Of a stretch of DNA of 64,000 nucleotides, positions 25,060-39,299 are shown piece after piece. Both the position numbers and the translations under genes were made by a program. The notes below the pieces were generated by a model. It was given only the letters and a program-made list of their open reading frames with translations, did not search any database and was not told the DNA's origin. The DNA lies in the NCBI RefSeq assembly GCF_009914755.1, contig NC_060948.1, one strand, 5' to 3'. The DNA comes from the human T2T-CHM13v2.0 reference genome, Homo sapiens. Within the stretch, counting starts at the first letter, position 1. Every line of letters starts with the position of its first letter.

Positions 25060-28000
25060 ATGGAGTCAAATGGAATGGTCTGGAATGGAATGAACACGAA
25101 TGTAATGCAATCCAATAGAATGGAATCGAATGGCATGGAATATAAAGAAATGGAATCGAAGAGAATGGAAACAAATGGAATGGAATTGAATGGAATGGAA
25201 TTGAATGGGATGGGAACGAATGGAGTGAAATTGTATGCAGTAGAAGGGAATAGAATGGAATGCAAGCGAAAGGAAAGGAATGGATTGGAATGGAATGGAA
25301 TTCATTGGAATGGAAGGGAATGTAGTGTAATGGACAGGCCTGGAATAAAGTGGAATGCTACGGTCTCGAATGGAATAAAAATGTATGGAATGGAATGCAA
25401 TGAAACGGAATCGAATGTCATAGAATGTAATGGAATGCAAAAAAATGGAATCCAAAATCATTGACTGGAAAGGCTGGGTGTCGAAAGGAATTGACTCCAA
25501 TGATATGGAATCGAATGGAATGGAAGTGAATAGAATCGAACTAAATCGAATGGAATGGAATTGATAGGAACGGAATGGAAAGGAATGCAATGAATTGGCA
25601 TGGAATGGAATCGAATGGCATCGAATGGAATGGAATGGAATGCAATGGAATGGAATGTATTAGAATGTAATGAACTTTAATGGAATGTACTCGAATGGAT
25701 TCGACTGGAATGGAATGTTCTGGAAGTGAATGGACTCCAATGGAATGGATTCAAAAGGAATGGAATCGTACGGAATGGAATCTAATGGAATGGAATTAAA
25801 TGGAAATGAATCAAATTGAATAGCACGGAATTGAATTGAATGGAATGGAATGCAATGGAATCTAATGAAACGGAAAGGAAAGGAATGGAATGGAATGGAA
25901 TGGGCTGGAATGGAAAGGAATCGAAACGAATGGAATGGAATCGAACTGAAGAGACTGGAATGGAATGCACTGGAATGGAAGGGAGTGTAATGGAAGGTTC
26001 TCGAAAAAAATGGAATCGAATGGAATGGAATTGAATGGAACGGAATAGAGTCGAATGGAATTGAATGGAATGGAATGGACTAGAGTGAAATGGAATCGAA
26101 CCACAAGGAATGGACAGGAATAGAATGGTCTCGAATTGAATGGAATCGTATGGAATGGCATCAAACGGAATGGAATGGACAGCCACGGAATGGAATGCAC
26201 TCGAATGCAATGGAGTCGAAACTAATGGACTGGAATAGAATGGACTCGACTGGTACGGACTCCAATGGAATGGAATCGAATGGAAGGGAATCGAACGGAA
26301 TGGACTCGAAGGGAAAAGACTGCAATGGAAAGGTCTCGAATGGAATGGAAATTAATGGAATGGAATGGAATCGAATGAAATGGAGTCAAAAGGAATGGAA
26401 TCGAATGGCAAGAAATCGAATGTAATGGAATCGCAAGGAATTGATGTGAATGGAGCGGAATGGAATGGAATCCAAAGGAATGGAATCGAATGGAAAGGAC
26501 TCGAATGGAAATCACTCGAATAGAATGCAATTTAATAAAATAGGATCAAATGTAATGGAATGGAATGGAAAGGAATCGAAACGAAAGGAATGGAGACAGA
26601 TGGAATGGAATGGAACAGAGAGCAATGGTATAGAATGGAATGGAATCATCTGGAATGGAATTGAATGGAATGGAATAATATGAAATGGAATGGAATGGAA
26701 TGGAATGGAATGCCCTTGAATTAAATGGACTGGAATGGAATGGACTCGAACAGAGTGGAATGGAAAGTGTTGAGATAGAATGGAATGGACTCCTTTGGAA
26801 TGGTGTAGTATGCAATGCAATCGACTGGCAGGGAATCAAAAGGAATGTAATGGAATGGATTGGACTGGAATGCAATGGACTCGAATAGATTGGAAACGGA
26901 ATGCAAAGGAATGGAATGGAATAGTATGGAATGGAATGGAAAGGAATGGAGTAGAATAGACTAGAGTGGAATGGAATGGACTGGAAAGCAATGGACTGGA
27001 ATGGAACTTTCTTGAATGGACTGGAATCAAACGGAATGGAATGCAATGCAATCAAATGGCATGGAATAAAATAGAATGAAAGAGAATCAAATGGAATTGA
27101 ATCGAATGGAATCGAATGGATTGGAAAGGAATAGAATGGAATGGAATGGAATTGACTCGAATGGAATGGACTAGAATGGAATGGATTCGAATGGAAGGCA
27201 AAGGAATGGAATCTATTGGAATGGACTGTAATGGAATGGAATGGAAAGGATTGGAATGGACTCGAATGGAATGGACTGCAATAGAAAGGATTCGAATGGA
27301 ATGAAAAAGAATTGAATGGAATAGAACAGAATGGAATCAAATCGAATGAAATGGAATGGAATAGAAAGGAATGGAATGAAATGGAATGGAAAGGATTCGA
27401 ATGGAATGCAATCGAATGGAATGGAATCGAACGGAATGGAATAAAATGGAAGAAAACTGGCAAGAAATGGAATCGAAATGAATGGAGTCTTATGGAACGG
27501 ACTCAAAAGGAATTGAATGTAATAGAATGGAGTGGAGTGGACTCGAATATAATGGAATGGAATGGAATGAAATCACAAGGAATGGGAACGAATGGAATGG
27601 AATGGAAAGGAATGGAATCGAATGGAAAGGAATCGAATGGAAGGGAATGAAATTGAATCAACAGGAATGGAAGGGAATAGAATAGACGGTAATGGAATGG
27701 ACTCGAATAGAATGGACACGAATGCTCAAATTGAATGGACTCGAATGGAATGGAAACGAAAGGAATGTCATCGAATGGAATTGAATGGATTGGAATGAAA
27801 TCGCATAGAATGGAGTGGAATCAAATGGAATTGAATCGAAAGGAAAGGAAGCGAATGGACTGAAATGAAATGGAATGGAATTGAATGGAAAGTAATGCAA
27901 TGGAATAGAATGGAACGAAATTTCATGGAATGGAATCAAACTGAATGGAATCAAATCAATGGAATCAAATCAAATGGAATGGAAAGGAATTGAATGGAGT

Positions 28001-28618
28001 AGATTGGATTGGATGGGATTGGAATGAAATGTACTGGAAAGGACTCGAATTTCATGAAACGGAATGGAATGAATTGGAACGGAATGGACTCGAATGGAAT
28101 GGAATGTCATGGAATGGCATCAAATGGAATGGCATCAAATGGAATGGAATCGAATGCAATGGAATGCTATGGAATGGAATGGAATGCATTGGAATGGAAT
28201 GTCCTCTAATGGAATGGATTCGAGTGGAATGGAATCGAATATAATGGAGTCGAATGAAATGGAATTGAAAGGAGTGGGATCGAATACAATGGAATATACT
28301 GGAATGTAATGTAATGAACTCGAATGTAATTGACTGGAATGGAATGTACATGAATGGAATGTAATCGAATGGAAAGTAATCCAATGGAATAGAATCTAAT
28401 GCAATAAAACCGACTCAGATAGAGTAGAATGTAATGGAATGGAGTGCAGTGCAATGGAATGGAATGGAATGGAAGGCAATGGAATGGAATGGAATGGAAT
28501 GGAATGGAATGGAATGGAATGGAATGGAATGGGATGGAATGGTATGGAATGGATAGTAATGGACTGGAGTGAAATGGACTGGAAAGGAATGGACTCAAAT
28601 TGAAAGGGCTCGAAAGGA
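25060..28618 (+). repeat. DYZ1 unit U8 (3559 bp)
   Basis: -15 at ~26480, +5 in the terminal run. Confidence 0.93.
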
Positions 28619-31600
28619 ATGGAGTCAAATGGAATGGTCTGGAATGGAATGAACACGAATGTAATGCAATCCAATAGAATGGAATCGAATGGCATGGAAT
28701 ATAAAGAAATGGAATCGAAGAGAATGGAAACAAATGGAATGGAATTGAATGGAATGGAATTGAATGGAATGGGAACGAATGGAGTGAAATTGTATGCAGT
28801 AGAAGGGAATAGAATGGAATGCAAGCGAAAGGAAAGGAATGGATTGGAATGGAATGGAATTCATTGGAATGGAAGGGAATGTAGTGTAATGGACAGGCCT
28901 GGAATAAAGTGGAATGCTACGGTCTCGAATGGAATAAAAATGTATGGAATGGAATGCAATGAAACGGAATCGAATGTCATAGAATGTAATGGAATGCAAA
29001 AAAATGGAATCCAAAATCATTGACTGGAAAGGCTGGGTGTCAAAAGGAATTGACTCCAATGGAATGGAATCGAATGGAATGGAAGTGAATAGAATCGAAC
29101 TAAATCGAATGGAATGGAATTGATAGGAACGGAATGGAAAGGAATGCAATGAATTGGCATGGAATGGAATCGAATGGCATCGAATGGAATGGAATGGAAT
29201 GCAATGGAATGGAATGTATTAGAATGTAATGAACTTTAATGGAATGTACTCGAATGGATTCGACTGGAATGGAATGTTCTGGAAGTGAATGGACTCCAAT
29301 GGAATGGATTCAAAAGGAATGGAATCGTACGGAATGGAATCTAATGGAATGGAATTAAATGGAAATGAATCAAATTGAATAGCACGGAATTGAATTGAAT
29401 GGAATGGAATGCAATGGAATCTAATGAAACGGAAAGGAAAGGAATGGAATGGAATGGAATGGGCTGGAATGGAAAGGAATCGAAACGAATGGAATGGAAT
29501 CGAACTGAAGAGACTGGAATGGAATGCACTGGAATGGAAGAGAGTGTAATGGAAGGTTCTCGAAAAAAATGGAATCGAATGGAATGGAATTGAATGGAAC
29601 GGAATAGAGTCGAATGGAATTGAATGGAATGGAATGGACTAGAGTGAAATGGAATCGAACCACAAGGAATGGACAGGAATAGAATGGTCTCGAATTGAAT
29701 GGAATCGTATGGAATGGCATCAAACGGAATGGAATGGACAGCCACGGAATGGAATGCACTCGAATGCAATGGAGTCGAAACTAATGGACTGGAATAGAAT
29801 GGACTCGACTGGTACGGACTCCAATGGAATGGAATCGAATGGAAGGGAATCGAACGGAATGGACTCGAAGGGAAAAGACTGCAATGGAAAGGTCTCGAAT
29901 GGAATGGAAATTAATGGAATGGAATGGAATCGAATGAAATGGAGTCAAAAGGAATGGAATCGAATGGCAAGAAATCGAATGTAATGGAATCGCAAGGAAT
30001 TGATGTGAACGGAACGGAATGGAATGGAATCCAAAGGAATGGAATAGAATGGAATGGAATCGAATGGAAAGGACTCGAATGGAAATCACTCGAATAGAAT
30101 GCAATTTAATAAAATAGGATCAAATGTAATGGAATGGAATGGAAAGGAATCGAAACGAAAGGAATGGAGACAGATGGAATGGAATGGAACAGAGAGCAAT
30201 GGTATAGAATGGAATGGAATCATCTGGAATGGAATTGAATGGAATGGAATAATATGAAATGGAATGGAATGGAATGGAATGGAATGGAATGGAATGGAAT
30301 GCCCTTGAATTAAATGGACTGGAATGGAATGGACTCGAACAGAGTGGAATGGAAAGTGTTGAGATAGAATGCAATGGACTCCTTCGGAATGGTCTAGTAT
30401 GCAATGCAATCGACTGGCAGGGAATCAAAAGGAATGTAATCGAATGGATTGGACTGGAATGCAGTGGACTCGAATAGATTGGAAACGGAATGCAAAGGAA
30501 TGGAATGGAATAGTATGGAATGGAATGGAAAGGAATGGAGTGGAATAGACTAGAGTGGAATGGAATGGACTGGAAAGCAATGGACTGGAATGGAACTTTC
30601 TTGAATGGACTGGAATCAAACGGAATGGAATGCAATGCAATCAAATGGCATGGAATAAAATAGAATGAAAGAGAATCAAATGGAATTGAATCGAATGGAA
30701 TCGAATGGATTGGAAAGGAATAGAATGGAATGGAATGGAATTGACTCAAATGGAATGGACTAGAATGGAATGGATTCGAATGGAAGGCAAAGGAATGGAA
30801 TCTATTGGAATGGACTGTAATGGAATGGAATGGAAGGGATTGGAATGGACTCGAATGGAATGGACTGCAATAGAAAGGATTCGAATGGAATGAAAAAGAA
30901 TTGAACGGAATAGAACAGAATGGAATCAAATCGAATGAAATGGAATGGAATAGAAAGGAATGGAATGAAATGGAATGGAAAGGATTCGAATGGAATGCAA
31001 TCGAATGGAATGGAATCGAACGGAATGGAATAAAATGGAAGAAAACTGGCAAGAAATGGAATCGAAATGAATGGAGTGTTATGGAACGGACTCAAAAGGA
31101 ATTGAATGTAATAGAATGGAGTGGAGTGGACTCGAATATAATGGACTGGAATGGAATGAAATCACATGGAATGGGAACGAATGGAATGGAATGGAAAGGA
31201 ATGGAATCGAATGGAAAGGAATCGAATGGAAGGGAATGAAATTGAATCAACAGGAATAGAAGGGAATAGAATAGACGGTAATGGAATGGACTCGAATAGA
31301 ATGGACACGAATGCTCAAATTGAATGGACTCCAATGGAATGGAAACGAAAGGAATGTCATCGAATAGAATTGAATCGATTGGAATGAAATCGCAAGAATG
31401 GAGTGGAATCAAATGGAATTGAATCGAAAGGAAAGGAAGCGAATGGACTGAAATGAAATGGAATGGAATTGAATGGAAAGTAATGCAATGGAATAGAATG
31501 GAACGAAATTTCACGGAATGGAATCAAACTGAAAGGAATCAAATCAATGGAATCTAATCAAATGGAATGGAAAGGAATTGAATGGAGTAGATTGGATTGG

Positions 31601-32201
31601 ATGGGATTGGAGTGAAATGTACTGGAAAGGACTCGAATTTCATGAAACGGAATGGAATGAATTGGAACGGAATGGACTCGAATGGAATGGAATGTCATGG
31701 AATGGCATCAAATGGAATGGCATCAAATGGAATGGAATCGAATGCAATGGAATGCTATGGAATGGAATGGAATGCATTGGAATGGAATGTCCTCTAATGG
31801 AATGGATTCGAGTGGAATGGAATCAAATATAATGGAGTCGAATGAAATGGAATTGAAAGGAATGGGATCGAATGCAATGGAATATACTGGAATGTAATGT
31901 AATGAACTCGAATGTAATTGACTGGAATGGAATGTACATGAATGGAATGTAATCGAATGGAAAGTAATCCAATGGAATAGAATCTAATGCAATAAAATCG
32001 ACTCAGATAGAGTAGAATGTAATGGAATGGAGTGCAGTACAATGGAATGGAATGGAATGCAATGGAATGGAATGGAATGGAATGGAATGGAATGGAATGG
32101 AATGGGATGGAATGGGATGGAATGGTATGGAATGGATAGTAATGGACTGGAGTGAAATGGACTGGAAAGGAATGGACTCAAATTGAAAGGGCTCGAAAGG
32201 A
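28619..32201 (+). repeat. DYZ1 unit U9 (3583 bp)
   Basis: +15 GGAAT expansion at 30261-30300, 1-bp deletion at ~31394. Confidence 0.93.
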
Positions 32202-35200
32202 ATGGAGTCAAATGGAATGGTCTGGAATGGAATGAACACGAATGTAATGCAATCCAATAGAATGGAATCGAATGGCATGGAATATAAAGAAATGGAATCG
32301 AAGAGAATGGAAACAAATGGAATGGAATTGAATGGAATGGAATTGAATGGAATGGGAACGAATGGAGTGAAATTGTATGCAGTAGAAGGGAATAGAATGG
32401 AATGCAAGGGAAAGGAAAGGAATGGATTGGAATGGAATGGAATTCATTGGAATGGAAGGGAATGTAGTGTAATGGACAGGCCTGGAATAAAGTGGAATGC
32501 TACGGTCTCGAATGGAATAAAAATGTATGGAATGGAATGCAATGAAACGGAATCGAATGTCATAGAATGTAATGGAATGCAAAAAAATGGAATCCAAAAT
32601 CATTGACTGGAAAGGCTGGGTGTCGAAAGGAATTGACTCCAATGGTATGGAATCGAATGGAATGGAAGTGAATAGAATCGAACTAAATCGAATGGAATGG
32701 AATTGATAGGAACGGAATGGAAAGGAATGCAATGAATTGGCATGGAATGGAATCGAATGGCATCGAATGGAATGGAATGGAATGCAATGGAATGGAATGT
32801 ATTAGAATGTAATGAACTTTAATGGAATGTACTCGAATGGATTCGACTGGAATGGAATGTTCTGGAAGTGAATGGACTCCAATGGAATGGATTCAAAAGG
32901 AATGGAATCGTACGGAATGGAATCTAATGGAATGGAATTAAATGGAAATGAATCAAATTGAATAGCACGGAATTGAATTGAATGGAATGGAATGCAATGG
33001 AATCTAATGAAACGGAAAGGAAAGGAATGGAATGGAATGGAATGGGCTGGAATGGAAAGGAATCGAAACGAATGGAATGGAATCGAACTGAAGAGACTGG
33101 AATGGAATGCACTGGAATGGAAGGGAGTGTAATGGAAGGTTCTCGAAAAAAATGGAATCGAATGGAATGGAATTGAATGGAACGGAATAGAGTCGAATGG
33201 AATTGAATGGAATGGAATGGACTAGAGTGAAATGGAATCGAACCACAAGGAATGGACAGGAATAGAATGGTCTCGAATTGAATGGAATCGTATGGAATGG
33301 CATCAAACGGAATGGAATGGACAGCCACGGAATGGAATGCACTCGAATGCAATGGAGTCGAAACTAATGGACTGGAATAGAATGGACTCGACTGGTACGG
33401 ACTCCAATGGAATGGAATCGAATGGAAGGGAATCGAACGGAATGGACTCGAAGGGAAAAGACTGCAATGGAAAGGTCTCGAATGGAATGGAAATTAATGG
33501 AATGGAATGGAATCGAATGAAATGGAGTCAAAAGGAATGAAATCGAATGGCAAGAAATCGAATGTAATGGAATCGCAAGGAATTGATGTGAACGGAACGG
33601 AATGGAATGGAATCCAAAGGAATGGAATAGAATGGAATGGAATCGAATGGAAAGGACTCGAATGGAAATCACTCGAATAGAATGCAATTTAATAAAATAG
33701 GATCAAATGTAATGGAATGGAATGGAAAGGAATCGAAACGAAAGGAATGGAGACAGATGGAATGGAATGGAACAGAGAGCAATGGTATAGAATGGAATGG
33801 AATCATCTGGAATGGAATTGAATGGAATGGAATAATATGAAATGGAATGGAATGGAATGGAATGGAATGTCCTTGAATTAAATGGACTGGAATGGAATGG
33901 ACTCGAACAGAGTGGAATGGAAAGTGTTGAGATAGAATGCAATGGACTCCTTTGGAATGGTGTAGTATGCAATGCAATCGACTGGCAGGGAATCAAAAGG
34001 AATGTAATGGAATGGATTGGACTGGAATGCAATGGACTCGAATAGATTGGAAACGGAATGCAAAGGAATGGAATGGAATAGTATGGAATGGAATGGAAAG
34101 GAATGGAGTGGAATAGACTAGAGTGGAATGGAATGGACTGGAAAGCAATGGACTGGAATGGAACTTTCTTGAATGGACTGGAATCAAACGGAATGGAATG
34201 CAATGCAATCAAATGGCATGGAATAAAATAGAATGAAAGAGAATCAAATGGAATTGAATCGAATGGAATCGAATGGATTGGAAAGGAATAGAATGGAATG
34301 GAATGGAATTGACTCAAATGGAATGGACTAGAATGGAATGGATTCGAATGGAAGGCAAAGGAATGGAATCTATTGGAATGGACTGTAATGGAATGGAATG
34401 GAAGGGATTGGAATGGACTCGAATGGAATGGACTGCAATAGAAAGGATTCGAATGGAATGAAAAAGAATTGAATGGAATAGAACAGAATGGAATCAAATC
34501 GAATGAAATGGAATGGAATAGAAAGGAATGGAATGAAATGGAATGGAAAGGATTCGAATGGAATGCAATCGAATGGAATGGAATCGAACGGAATGGAATA
34601 AAATGGAAGAAAACTGGCAAGAAATGGAATCGAAATGAATGGAGTGTTATGGAACGGACTCAAAAGGAATTGAATGTAATAGAATGGAGTGGAGTGGACT
34701 CGAATATAATGGACTGGAATGGAATGAAATCACAAGGAATGGGAACGAATGGAATGGAATGGAAAGGAATGGAATCGAATGGAAAGGAATCGAATGGAAG
34801 GGAATGAAATTGAATCAACAGGAATGGAAGGGAATAGAATAGACGGTAATGGAATGGACTCGAATAGAATGGACACGAATGCTCAAATTGAATGGACTCG
34901 AATGGAATGGAAACGAAAGGAATGTCATCGAATGGAATTGAATGGATTGGAATGAAATCGCATAGAATGGAGTGGAATCAAATGGAATTGAATCGAAAGG
35001 AAAGGAAGCGAATGGACTGAAATGAAATGGAATGGAATTGAATGGAAAGTAATGCAATGGAATAGAATGGAAAGAAATTTCACGGAATGGAATCAAACTG
35101 AATGGAATCAAATCAATGGAATCAAATCAAATGGAATGGAAAGGAATTGAATGGAGTAGATTGGATTGGATGGGATTGGAATGAAATGTACTGGAAAGGA

Positions 35201-35770
35201 CTCGAATTTCATGAAACGGAATGGAATGAATTGGAACGGAATGGACTCGAATGGAATGGAATGTCATGGAATGGCATCAAATGGAATGGCATCAAATGGA
35301 ATGGAATCGAATGCAATGGAATGCTATGGAATGGAATGGAATGCATTGGAATGGAATGTCCTCTAATGGAATGGATTCGAGTGGAATGGAATCGAATATA
35401 ATGGAGTCGAATGAAATGGAATTGAAAGGAGTGGGATCGAATACAATGGAATATACTGGAATGTAATGTAATGAACTCGAATGTAATTGACTGGAATGGA
35501 ATGTACATGAATGGAATGTAATCGAATGGAAAGTAATCCAATGGAATAGAATCTAATGCAATAAAACCGACTCAGATAGAGTAGAATGTAATGGAATGGA
35601 GTGCAGTGCAATGGAATGGAATGGAATGGAATGCAATGGAATGGAATGGAATGGAATGGAATGGAATGGAATGGAATGGAATGGGATGGAATGGGATGGA
35701 ATGGATAGTAATGGACTGGAGTGAAATGGACTGGAAAGGAATGGACTCAAATTGAAAGGGCTCGAATGGA
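32202..35770 (+). repeat. DYZ1 unit U10 (3569 bp)
   Basis: Landmark spacing. Confidence 0.93.
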
Positions 35771-38700
35771 ATGGAGTCAAATGGAATGGTCTGGAATGGA
35801 ATGAACACGAATGTAATGCAATCCAATAGAATGGAATCGAATGGCATGGAATATAAAGAAATGGAATCGAAGAGAATGGAAACAAATGGAATGGAATTGA
35901 ATGGAATGGAATTGAATGGAATGGGAACGAATGGAGTGAAATTGTATGCAGTAGAAGGGAATAGAATGGAATGCAAGCGAAAGGAAAGGAATGGATTGGA
36001 ATGGAATGGAATTCATTGGAATGGAAGGGAATGTAGTGTAATGGACAGGCCTGGAATAAAGTGGAATGCTACGGTCTCGAATGGAATAAAAATGTATGGA
36101 ATGGAATGCAATGAAACGGAATCGAATGTCATAGAATGTAATGGAATGCAAAAAAATGGAATCCAAAATCATTGACTGGAAAGGCTGGGTGTCGAAAGGA
36201 ATTGACTCCAATGGAATGGAATCGAATGGAATGGAAGTGAATAGAATCGAACTAAATCGAATGGAATGGAATTGATAGGAACGGAATGGAAAGGAATGCA
36301 ATGATTTGGCATGGAATGGAATCGAATGGCATCGAATGGAATGGAATGGAATGCAATGGAATGGAATGTATTAGAATGTAATGAACTTTAATGGAATGTA
36401 CTCGAATGGATTCGACTGGAATGGAATGTTCTGGAAGTGAATGGACTCCAATGGAATGGATTCCAAAGGAATGGAATCGTACGGAATGGAATCTAATGGA
36501 ATGGAATTAAATGGAAATGAATCAAATTGAATAGCACGGAATTGAATTGAATGGAATGGAATGCAATGGAATCTAATGAAACGGAAAGGAAAGGAATGGA
36601 ATGGAATGGAATGGGCTGGAATGGAAAGGAATCGAAACGAATGGAATGGAATCGAACTGAAGAGACTGGAATGGAATGCACTGGAATGGAAGGGAGTGTA
36701 ATGGAAGGTTCTCGAAAAAAATGGAATCGAATGGAATGGAATTGAATGGAACGGAATAGAGTCGAATGGAATTGAATGGAATGGAATGGACTAGAGTGAA
36801 ATGGAATCGAACCACAAGGAATGGACAGGAATAGAATGGTCTCGAATTGAATGGAATCGTATGGAATGGCATCAAACGGAATGGAATGGACAGCCACGGA
36901 ATGGAATGCACTCGAATGCAATGGAGTCGAAACTAATGGACTGGAATAGAATGGACTCGACTGGTACGGACTCCAATGGAATGGAATCGAATGGAAGGGA
37001 ATCGAACGGAATGGACTCGAAGGGAAAAGACTGCAATGGAAAGGTCTCGAATGGAATGGAAATTAATGGAATGGAATGGAATCGAATGAAAAGGAGTCAA
37101 AAGGAATGGAATCGAATGGCAAGAAATCGAATGTAATGGAATCGCAAGGAATTGATGTGAACGGAACGGAATGGAATGGAATCCAAAGGAATGGAATAGA
37201 ATGGAATGGAATCGAATGGAAAGGACTCGAATGGAAATCACTCGAATAGAATGCAATTTAATAAAATAGGATCAAATGTAATGGAATGGAATGGAAAGGA
37301 ATCGAAACGAAAGGAATGGAGACAGATGGAATGGAATGGAACAGAGAGCAATGGTATAGAATGGAATGGAATCATCTGGAATGGAATTGAATGGAATGGA
37401 ATAATATGAAATGGAATGGAATGGAATGGAATGGAATGCCCTTGAATTAAATGGACTGGAATGGAATGGACTCGAACAGAGTGGAATGGAAAGTGTTGAG
37501 ATAGAATGGAATGGACTCCTTTGGAATGGTGTAGTATGCAATGCAATCGACTGGCAGGGAATCAAAAGGAATGTAATGGAATGGATTGGACTGGAATGCA
37601 ATGGACTCGAATAGATTGGAAACGGAATGCAAAGGAATGGAATGGAATAGTATGGAATGGAATGGAAAGGAATGGAGTGGAATAGACTAGAGTGGAATGG
37701 AATGGACTGGAAAGCCATGGACTGGAATGGAACTTTCTTGAATGGACTGGAATCAAACGGAATGGAATGCAATGCAATCAAATGGCATGGAATAAAATAG
37801 AATGAAAGAGAATCAAATGGAATTGAATCGAATGGAATCGAATGGATTGGAAAGGAATAGAATGGAATGGAATGGAATGGACTAGAATGGAATGGATTCG
37901 AATGGAAGGCAAAGGAATGGAATCTATTGGAATGGACTGTAATGGAATGGAATGGAAGGGATTGGAATGGACTCGAATGGAATGGACTGCAATAGAAAGG
38001 ATTCGAATGGAATGAAAAAGAATTGAATGGAATAGAACAGAATGGAATCAAATCGAATGAAATGGAATGGAATAGAAAGGAATGGAATGAAATGGAATGG
38101 AAAGGATTCGAATGGAATGCAATCGAATGGAATGGAATCGAACGGAATGGAATAAAATGGAAGAAAACTGGCAAGAAATGGAATCGAAATGAATGGAGTG
38201 TTATGGAACGGACTCAAAAGGAATTGAATGTAATAGAATGGAGTGGAGTGGATTCGAATATAATGGACTGGAATGGAATGAAATCACATGGAATGGGAAC
38301 GAATGGAATGGAATGGAAAGGAATGGAATCGAATGGAAAGGAATCGAATGGAAGGGAATGAAATTGAATCAACAGGAATGGAAGGGAATAGAATAGACGG
38401 TAATGGAATGGACTCGAATAGAATGGACACGAATGCTCAAATTGAATGGACTCGAGTGGAATGGAAACGAAAGGAATGTCATCGAATGGAATTGAATCGA
38501 TTGGAATGAAATCGCATAGAATGGAGTGGAATCAAATGGAATTGAATCGAAAGGAAAGGAAGCGAATGGACTGAAATGAAATGGAATGGAATTGAATGGA
38601 AAGTAATGCAATGGAATAGAATGGAACGAAATTTCACGGAATGGAATCAAACTGAATGGAATCAAATCAATGGAATCAAATCAAATGGAATGGAAAGGAA

Positions 38701-39299
38701 TTGAATGGAGTAGATTGGATTGGATGGGATTGGAATGAAATGTACTGGAAAGGACTCGAATTTCATGAAACGGAATGGAATGAATTGGAACGGAATGGAC
38801 TCGAATGGAATGGAATGTCATGGAATGGCATCAAATGGAATGGCATCAAATGGAATGGAATCGAATGCAATGGAATGCTATGGAATGGAATGGAATGCAT
38901 TGGAATGGAATGTCCTCTAATGGAATGGATTCGAGTGGAATGGAATCGAATATAATGGAGTCGAATGAAATGGAATTGAAAGGAATGGGATCGAATACAA
39001 TGGAATATACTGGAATGTAATGTAATGAACTCGAATGTAATTGACTGGAATGGAATGTACATGAATGGAATGTAATCGAATGGAAAGTAATCCAATGGAA
39101 TAGAATCTAATGCAATAAAATCGACTCAGATAGAGTAGAATGTAATGGAATGGAGTGCAGTGCAATGGAATGGAATGGAATGGAATGCAATTGAATGGAA
39201 TGGAATGGAATGGGATGGAATGGTATGGAATGGATAGTAATGGACTGGAGTGAAATGGACTGGAAAGGAATGGACTCAAATTGAAAGGGCTCGAAAGGA
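35771..39299 (+). repeat. DYZ1 unit U11 (3529 bp, shortest)
   Basis: -15 at ~37870 and -25 in the terminal run at ~39190. Confidence 0.93.
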
